Origin: Trueperaceae bacterium
GTDB taxonomy: Bacteria > Deinococcota > Deinococci > Deinococcales > Trueperaceae
Assembly: GCA_965215565.1 (NCBI GenBank)
Contig: CBDCDZ010000004.1
Location: 1,984,001 to 2,048,000, forward strand
Direction of reading: 5' to 3'
Length of the DNA stretch: 64,000 nucleotides
This document shows, piece by piece, positions 58,006 to 64,000 of the stretch. Each line of letters opens with the position of its first letter. Positions within the stretch are counted from its first letter, which is position 1. The notes below the pieces were generated by a model. That model worked only from the letters and a program-made list of their open reading frames with translations. It was not told where the DNA came from and did no database searches. Made by a program: the position numbers and the translations under genes.

Positions 58006-59480
58006 GCGAAAACCACCCGAGCGGCTACCTAGAGACCTCCCGCAATCCCATCGGCAAGCGCCCCGCCGACGAGCGTACTGGCGACTACCACGAGATTTAC
58101 CTGCCGATGTGGGACGAAGCGCAGCTCAGCACGCAGGGCGGGCGCTGTATGGACTGCGGCGTGCCTACGTGCATGGGCGGCTGTCCTATCGGGAACCTCA
58201 TCCCTGAGTGGAACGATTTGGTTTATGAAGAGGACTGGCGAGCGGCGCTAGAACGCCTTCATGCGACGAACAACTTCCCCGAATTCACAGGTTACACCTG
58301 CCCTGCGCCCTGCGAAGACGCCTGCGTTTTGGCCTACAACGACGACCCCGTGACGATTAAGAGCATCGAACGCGCCATCGTGGATAAGGGCTGGGAAGAG
58401 GGCTGGATCGTGCCGCAGCCGCCCACCGAGCGCACAGGCTTCTCGGTTGCCGTCGTCGGCAGCGGACCCGCCGGGCTCGCCGCCGCGCAGCAGCTCAACC
58501 GGGCGGGGCACCGCGTCACCGTGTTCGAGCGCGACGACACCATCGGCGGGCTCATGGTCTACGGCATCCCTGACTTCAAGTTCACCAAGCACCAAGTCGA
58601 GCGGCGGGTGGAGCAGATGAAGGAGGAGGGTATAAGCTTCTGCTGCGGCGTCGAGGTGGGTAAAGACGCGACGTTGGAAAAACTGCGTGACGACTTCGGT
58701 GCGGTCTGCCTAACGGTAGGTGCACAGCAACACCGCGACCTCTCGCTGCCGGGACGCGACCTTGGAGGGATTGAACTGGCGATGAACTACTTGCCCTTGG
58801 AAAATCGTCGCCAAGCGGGGCGTCCGGTCGAGGGGATGATCAGCGCGGAGGGCAAGAACGTCATCGTTTTAGGCGGCGGCGACACGGGCGCGGACTGCGT
58901 CGGCACAGCGCACCGCCAAGGCGCGAAACAGGTGGTGCAGATCAGCATCAACGAACAGAAGCCTTTAGAGCGTCCTCACGACAACCCCTGGCCCGAAGCG
59001 CCGCAGACTTACGAAAAGACCTACGCCCAAGAGGAGGGCGGCGAAGAGGTCTTTAGCGTGAACAGCGTGGCGTTTTTAGACACGGACGGTGATGGCGTCG
59101 TCAACGCGCTGCAAGCGGAGCGGGTGGACTGGATTCGAGATGAAAGCGGCAGCCGGGTGGATAAAGAGGTCTTAGAGTCCGATATTCATATTCCCGCCGA
59201 CTTGGTTTTAGTTGCCATCGGTTTTACAGGGGCGCAGCTTAGCGTGTTTGAGGGAAGCGGGTTAGGGGTAACAGATAGAGGCACCCTCAAAGTAGACGAG
59301 ACGATGATGACGAACTTAGAGGGCGTCTTCGCCGCTGGCGACGCGAACCGGGGACAATCATTAGTTGTGTGGGCCATCGGCGAAGGTCGCGACGTAGCGC
59401 GGCAAATCGACAGCTACTTAATGGGGCAGTCGCGCTTACCCTTCAGCCTGCGGACGCAGCATCTGCCGCTTGGGATGTAG
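58002..59480 (+). CDS. gltD: Glutamate synthase small subunit
   Basis: RCMDCGVPTC..GCP, CPAPCEDAC, GSGPAGL, GGGDTGADC, GQSLVVWAI. Confidence 0.96.
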   Translation: MSENHPSGYLETSRNPIGKRPADERTGDYHEIYLPMWDEAQLSTQGGRCMDCGVPTCMGGCPIGNLIPEWNDLVYEEDWRAALERLHATNNFPEFTGYTCPAPCEDACVLAYNDDPVTIKSIERAIVDKGWEEGWIVPQPPTERTGFSVAVVGSGPAGLAAAQQLNRAGHRVTVFERDDTIGGLMVYGIPDFKFTKHQVERRVEQMKEEGISFCCGVEVGKDATLEKLRDDFGAVCLTVGAQQHRDLSLPGRDLGGIELAMNYLPLENRRQAGRPVEGMISAEGKNVIVLGGGDTGADCVGTAHRQGAKQVVQISINEQKPLERPHDNPWPEAPQTYEKTYAQEEGGEEVFSVNSVAFLDTDGDGVVNALQAERVDWIRDESGSRVDKEVLESDIHIPADLVLVAIGFTGAQLSVFEGSGLGVTDRGTLKVDETMMTNLEGVFAAGDANRGQSLVVWAIGEGRDVARQIDSYLMGQSRLPFSLRTQHLPLGM

Positions 59481-59580
59481 CCTTAGAAGGAACAGTGCGC
59501 GTTACAAAGAGGGTGTGCTAGGTTGATAAATATCTACGCCTGCTTTCGCCTCCGCTAACAGCCCTTCCACTAATCTAAAG

Positions 59581-59615
59581 GAATACGGATTCCGCACTTG
59601 CCGGAATCCGTATTC
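59581..59615. repeat. Minimal family-2 hairpin
   Basis: GAATACGGATTCCG-CACTTGC-CGGAATCCGTATTC. Confidence 0.7.
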
Positions 59616-59786
59616 TCATGAGGTTCGGTGTGAGGTATCGAATATCACCGAATAAGTACTAACGTATATATTTTGGTTTAGGCGTACTCAGAATTTTGTA
59701 AGAGTCCGTCCTTTACACTTCACTTCGGGAACTCATAGAGGTCAGGGTTCTCTACCTGCTACGCCATCTTAGAAGGGACCCTCTTT

Positions 59787-61034
59787 ATGGACATGGATAC
59801 TCTCAACACGGTTTGGATCGTTTTATGTGCGATCTTCGTCTTTTTCATGCAGGCGGGCTTCGCGATGTTGGAGAGCGGCTTCGTACGCTCGAAAAACGCG
59901 GTCAACGTCATTATGAAAAACTACATCGACATGAGCATCGGCTCGCTCGGCTTTTTCGCGGTGGGCTTCGGGCTGATGTTCGGCGTGAACCAAACGGGCT
60001 TTTTCGGCGCGAGCAACTTCTTGCCGCAAGGAGGTTCGCCCGAGTTCTACGCCTTTTTATTTTTCCAGATGATGTTCGCCGCCACCGCCGCGACTATCGT
60101 GAGCGGGGCGCTCGCCGAGCGCATCCGCTACTGGCCCTACATCTTGGCGGCGGTCTTCGTCACGAGCCTCATCTACCCCGTTTTCGGGAGCTGGGTGTGG
60201 GGCGGTTACGAGAGCGCGACTTCGGGCTGGCTCGCCAACATAGGGTTCGTCGACTTCGCGGGCTCTTCGGTGGTGCACGCCGTCGGCGGCTGGTGCGCGC
60301 TCGCAGGCGTGATCGTGCTGGGTCCGCGTATGGGCCGCTTTCGGCAGGGCGGGGCGCGCTCGACAGCTATCCCTGGTCACAACCTGCCGATGGCGTCACT
60401 CGGCGCGTTCATCCTTTGGTTCGGCTTTTTCGCTTTCAACGCGGGCAGCACCCTAGACGCGAGCGGCAACTTGGGCGCAATCGTGCTCAACACGCACCTC
60501 GCAGGCGCGAGCGGCGTGATGGGCGCGGTCCTCTTCACGCTTATGTTAGGCCGCCCTCTGCTGATGCAGTACCCCATTAACGGCGGCTTGGCGGGTCTCG
60601 TCGCCATCTGCGCGAGCGCGAACCTCGCTTCGCCGCTCCTCGCCATCCTTATTGGGCTCGTCGCAGGCATCGTGATGGTACTCGGTACGGACCTCTTGGA
60701 GCGCTCCAAGCTCGACGACGCGGTGGGCGCAGTGCCCGTACACGCCTTCGCGGGCACGTGGGGCGTTTTGGCGGTCAGCTTTGTAGACGGGTTTAGTCTG
60801 AGCCAGCTCACCGTGCAGGCGATCGGCGCGGCTGCCGCGTTCGCCTGGGCCTTCCCCGTCGCCTTGGTGGTCTTTGTCGGCATCGGGATGCTCGTAAATC
60901 TGCGCGTGAGCACGTCCGAGGAGCGGCGCGGGCTCGACTACAGCGAACATCATGAGCTGGGCTACCCCGAGTTCCAGTCGGGCCTGCTCCACCAGGGTCA
61001 AGACGACGAGCCTGAGCTGGACTTAGCCGCATGA
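59787..61034 (+). CDS. amt: Ammonium transporter (Amt family)
   Basis: FFMQAGFAMLESG, DFAGSSVVH, GPRMGRF, FNAGS, DDAVGAVPVH. Confidence 0.95.
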   Translation: MDMDTLNTVWIVLCAIFVFFMQAGFAMLESGFVRSKNAVNVIMKNYIDMSIGSLGFFAVGFGLMFGVNQTGFFGASNFLPQGGSPEFYAFLFFQMMFAATAATIVSGALAERIRYWPYILAAVFVTSLIYPVFGSWVWGGYESATSGWLANIGFVDFAGSSVVHAVGGWCALAGVIVLGPRMGRFRQGGARSTAIPGHNLPMASLGAFILWFGFFAFNAGSTLDASGNLGAIVLNTHLAGASGVMGAVLFTLMLGRPLLMQYPINGGLAGLVAICASANLASPLLAILIGLVAGIVMVLGTDLLERSKLDDAVGAVPVHAFAGTWGVLAVSFVDGFSLSQLTVQAIGAAAAFAWAFPVALVVFVGIGMLVNLRVSTSEERRGLDYSEHHELGYPEFQSGLLHQGQDDEPELDLAA

Positions 61035-61672
61035 ACACCTCTTTGGACCAGAAGCGCGGTCTCATCTACGCCGCGTTTCGCGATCTCTTAGGCGAGGAGC
61101 AGGCGGCGCGGGCGGTGGACTTCTGGGACACCTGGGACGACAGGGCGCGGACCTCGTTCACACCGCTTCGCTTCGCGCAGGCGGTCCAGAAGGAGCTGGG
61201 GCTTTCCACCGAGACGAAGCGGAAGCTCATCCAATCGATGATCGGCTACAAGGTGTCTGACGAACACGCGCAGTCCTTGGAGGAGGCGAGCGCGCCCACG
61301 AACCTCTCCACCCCGAGCGGGGCGCAATTCGCGTCCGCCAAGCCCAACATGGCACCCTCCATCGAGTCGGAGCAGTACATCATCTTCACCGCGCTGCTCT
61401 ACCCCCTGCTCACAAGGTTGCACCTCTCCGAGCGGCAGTTCTTGGAGAAGATGCACCCCAAGTCGCGCACTGACGTGAAGAGCCTCCTGGAGGGCTCGCA
61501 GCCGATGATGCGCAACCCGGAGCGCGTGATGAGCAACTGCCTAGACCGCGTGTACGAACTTCTCTGCGACGAGTACGGACCTGTCAAAACGGACCAGATC
61601 ATCGCCCGCTCCGTCGCGCAAGCCGAGCGGCTGCCTGAGGCGGACCTCTTCTCGCCCCGAAAACTGCTCTAA
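61031..61672 (+). CDS. Hypothetical protein translationally coupled to amt
   Basis: ATGA overlap with the amt stop; strong GC3 bias; two helical parts; C-terminal CDEYGPVKTDQII...FSPRKLL. Confidence 0.75.
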   Translation: MNTSLDQKRGLIYAAFRDLLGEEQAARAVDFWDTWDDRARTSFTPLRFAQAVQKELGLSTETKRKLIQSMIGYKVSDEHAQSLEEASAPTNLSTPSGAQFASAKPNMAPSIESEQYIIFTALLYPLLTRLHLSERQFLEKMHPKSRTDVKSLLEGSQPMMRNPERVMSNCLDRVYELLCDEYGPVKTDQIIARSVAQAERLPEADLFSPRKLL

Positions 61673-61698
61673 GTGCTGCGCAAAATTTAGACGACTAA

Positions 61699-61732
61699 GT
61701 GCCGAAGATACTGCTGACTTTATCTTCGGCAC
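61699..61732. terminator. Hairpin between convergent genes
   Basis: GTGCCGAAGATA-N10-TATCTTCGGCAC. Confidence 0.55.
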
Positions 61733-61786
61733 ATTTCATTTAGGCACTCCGATACAATCTCATACGGATTCTACATCAAACTGCGT

Positions 61787-62956
61787 TCAGCCCAGAAACT
61801 CCTGAATTCGCGTGACTGCTCGAGCCAGCACTGCCGGCTCTCGCACCAGCGCGATGCGCACATATCCCTCACCCTCTTCACCGAACGCTCGCCCTGGATT
61901 GAGGCACACACCCGTCGCCTCGGTAAGCTTCAAGGTAAAATCAAACGAATCGGTGAGACCTTTTGGCAGCTTCGTCCAAACATACATACTCGCCTTGGGC
62001 ATCGGTGTATCCCAACCGATACCGTTAAGCGTCTCGACGAGCATGTCGCGCCGCGCTTCGAAAACGTCCGCTCTCGTTTCAGACGTACCCGCTTCTAAAG
62101 ACGCCACCGCCGCCCGCTGAATCCCCACGTACTGGTTGAAGTCGATCGCGCCTTTAGCCTGAGCGAGCGCGGCGACGGCGTCCGCGTTGCCCACCGCCCA
62201 GCCCATCCGAAAGCCGCCCATGTGAAACGACTTCGAGCAACTGTAGAGTTCGATGGCGGTCTCCAGCCCGCCCTTCTGCGTCAAGGCCGAGGGGGCGCGG
62301 TAGTCGCCGAAGACCATGTCCACATAGGGGAAGTCGTGGACGAGCAAGATACCGTGGTCATGACAAAAGGTGACGGCGTCTTGCATAAACTCATCTGTAG
62401 CGACAGCGGCGGTGGGGTTGTTCGGATAAGAGAGCACCATGACCCGAGCCCGTTTCGCTACGTCCGCCGGAATCACTGAGAGGTCAGGTAGATACTCGTT
62501 CCCTTCTAGGAGCGGCATCGTCGCCATCTCTAGACCCGCCAGCGCAACCGCGCCGTAGTACGACGGGTAACCGGGATCAGGCGCTAAGATGAGGTCGCCG
62601 GGGTCGGTAGTTGCTAATAAGAGGTTCGCAAAGCCCTCCTGCGAGCCGATGAGCGAGAGGACGTTCTCGTCCGGGTTCACCGAGAGGTCGTAGCGCCGCA
62701 AGAACCAGTCCGCGACGGCGCGGCGGAGGACCTCAGTGCCGGAGAAGAGGCAGTAGCCGTAGGTTTCGGGAAGATAGGTAGCGTCTCTAAGCGCTTGCAA
62801 GGCAGCTTGCGGCGGCGCTAAATCGGACGAGCCTACCGAGAGGTCGATGAGGTCTAACCCCTTCGCCTTTGCGCGGCTCTTGGCGCGGTCCATCGTATTG
62901 AAGACGCTCGCAGGCATCGCCTTGACGCGCCCCGATGCCCAGCGGTTGGCGTTCAT
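61787..62956 (-). CDS. PLP-dependent aminotransferase class I/II
   Basis: GSQEG, DPGYPSY, YPNNPT, HDFPY, SCSKSFHMGGFRMG. Confidence 0.92.
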   Translation of the reverse strand: MNANRWASGRVKAMPASVFNTMDRAKSRAKAKGLDLIDLSVGSSDLAPPQAALQALRDATYLPETYGYCLFSGTEVLRRAVADWFLRRYDLSVNPDENVLSLIGSQEGFANLLLATTDPGDLILAPDPGYPSYYGAVALAGLEMATMPLLEGNEYLPDLSVIPADVAKRARVMVLSYPNNPTAAVATDEFMQDAVTFCHDHGILLVHDFPYVDMVFGDYRAPSALTQKGGLETAIELYSCSKSFHMGGFRMGWAVGNADAVAALAQAKGAIDFNQYVGIQRAAVASLEAGTSETRADVFEARRDMLVETLNGIGWDTPMPKASMYVWTKLPKGLTDSFDFTLKLTEATGVCLNPGRAFGEEGEGYVRIALVREPAVLARAVTRIQEFLG

Positions 62957-63615
62957 GCTTTTAGCGCCTCCCCTCGCATCGCCCGCAAGCTCGCCAAGCT
63001 CTCCTCGACCTCGTCTCTCGGTAAGTTGCCTGCCTCTAACTCTTCATCCGGTAGCGTCAAGAGGTGCGTATAAAACTCGAGCCCCTCCTCTAAAAGCTCC
63101 GGGCTTGCGGTTCGCTCCAACATTTCAAAAAGCCTATCTTCCGCAGAGGCAAAGTCTCCTTTGAGCGCGTCGTACCTAAATACACGCTGTTCGGTTGAGA
63201 GAGGTAGGGCGTCAAACATCTCTATAAGTTGCGCCACTTTCGCCTCGTAAAAGGGGATGAGCCCGGCTTCGGTGATGAGCGCGTGGAGGTACAGCTCGAG
63301 CGTCTTGAGATAGTCTTGTGCGGACACGCCCACACCTCGAGAGGTCTTCACGCGCGCTTCGGCGTAGAGAAGTTCGCCCATCAAGAGGCTCTTCTCGACC
63401 TCCAAAACGCCCGTCGTGCTGAGCAGATTCAAGAGGTCATCCGTGGACAAGCGGTGGACCATCTGAGCGTCTGAGCCGGTGTTCTCGCGGTAGGCGGTAT
63501 TGATGAGCGTGAGCGCTTCGTCCGCGCGTCCGTGCGCGCTCAAGTGCTCGACCTCGGCGAGCGTCTGCTCCAAGCGTTCGGTCATGCGGGTTAAGAAGTC
63601 GTCTTTAAGCGGCAT
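62953..63615 (-). CDS. Conserved helical hypothetical protein (DUF6483-like)
   Basis: MPLKDDFLTRM..., FASAEDRLF, EFY..LL...DEEL..GNLPRDEV; TACAAT -10 box 6 nt upstream of ATG 63615. Confidence 0.7.
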   Translation of the reverse strand: MPLKDDFLTRMTERLEQTLAEVEHLSAHGRADEALTLINTAYRENTGSDAQMVHRLSTDDLLNLLSTTGVLEVEKSLLMGELLYAEARVKTSRGVGVSAQDYLKTLELYLHALITEAGLIPFYEAKVAQLIEMFDALPLSTEQRVFRYDALKGDFASAEDRLFEMLERTASPELLEEGLEFYTHLLTLPDEELEAGNLPRDEVEESLASLRAMRGEALKA

Positions 63616-63784
63616 AGGAGTATTGTACGCTTTTGTGCTCGGAGAGAGGTTTTCGTGATGGCTCGGGTGTGACACATTCGACCTCTCGAGTTACTAACAG
63701 GTTAGGGCTGCCGTAACCGCGCCGTAACCGGAGGAGGCTACCCTTTGGTTGAGCAAGGACAGACCTGCTCGAAAGGAGCCAGAC

Positions 63785-64000
63785 ATGAATAAGAAACTCA
63801 AGCAAGGAATGATAGCGTTGACCGTAACGGGTCTTTTAGTCGGCGGTGGTGTGGTTGGGGCGCAGACCGGCGGCGCGGCGAACGGAGCACAGAATAGCAG
63901 CGTGTCAGAAGGCGCGCCAAACACCAACCGTGCTTTCGAGGGTAGAGGTCAGAGAGGACAGCGCGGTGAATTCGGAAGCGGGCTTCGCGGGCTCTTCCTC
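63785..64000 (+). CDS. Exported hypothetical protein (5' part; runs off the window end)
   Basis: AAAGGAG RBS; MNKKLKQGMIALTVTGLLVGGGVVGAQ signal peptide; frame open to 64000. Confidence 0.7.
   Translation, partial: MNKKLKQGMIALTVTGLLVGGGVVGAQTGGAANGAQNSSVSEGAPNTNRAFEGRGQRGQRGEFGSGLRGLFL

Noticed and set aside
59813..60580. 255-aa alternative-frame ORF inside amt
   Set aside because: Arg-rich frameshifted shadow typical of high-GC genes.

Overview
GC-rich bacterial chromosomal window, most consistent with a Deinococcota (Truepera-like) organism. The assignment rests on the gene set, on -10 boxes placed 5-7 nt upstream of start codons (leaderless pattern) and on ATACGGATTCCG-type repeats; it is an inference, not a database result. 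The coding content is mostly housekeeping and metabolic: ppc, dxs, dxr, holB, lysC, tkt, coaE, a tRNA nucleotidyltransferase, gltBD, amt, bioY, a cation-chloride cotransporter and an sqdB/sqdX sulfolipid pair. There are also several very acidic exported proteins and lipoproteins (LRR, fasciclin/CHRD) and a DUF1800/DUF1501 pair. I found no rRNA, tRNA, CRISPR array or transposase. The most unusual signals are mostly non-coding: (1) a stand-alone ~170-nt structured transcript candidate whose 5' end can pair over 16 nt with the 16S rRNA 3' end; (2) eight copies of an ~80-260 bp MITE-like element starting TAGCAGGT, one interrupting a Uma2 gene with a 3-bp duplication and one with a tandemly amplified end; (3) 21-25-nt 'variable hairpin + fixed tail' micro-insertions inside those elements; (4) a second palindromic element family with a nested third element. 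Notable proteins are a HEPN-CBS fusion, an Amt-coupled unknown protein and a nucleotidyltransferase with an altered templating motif.
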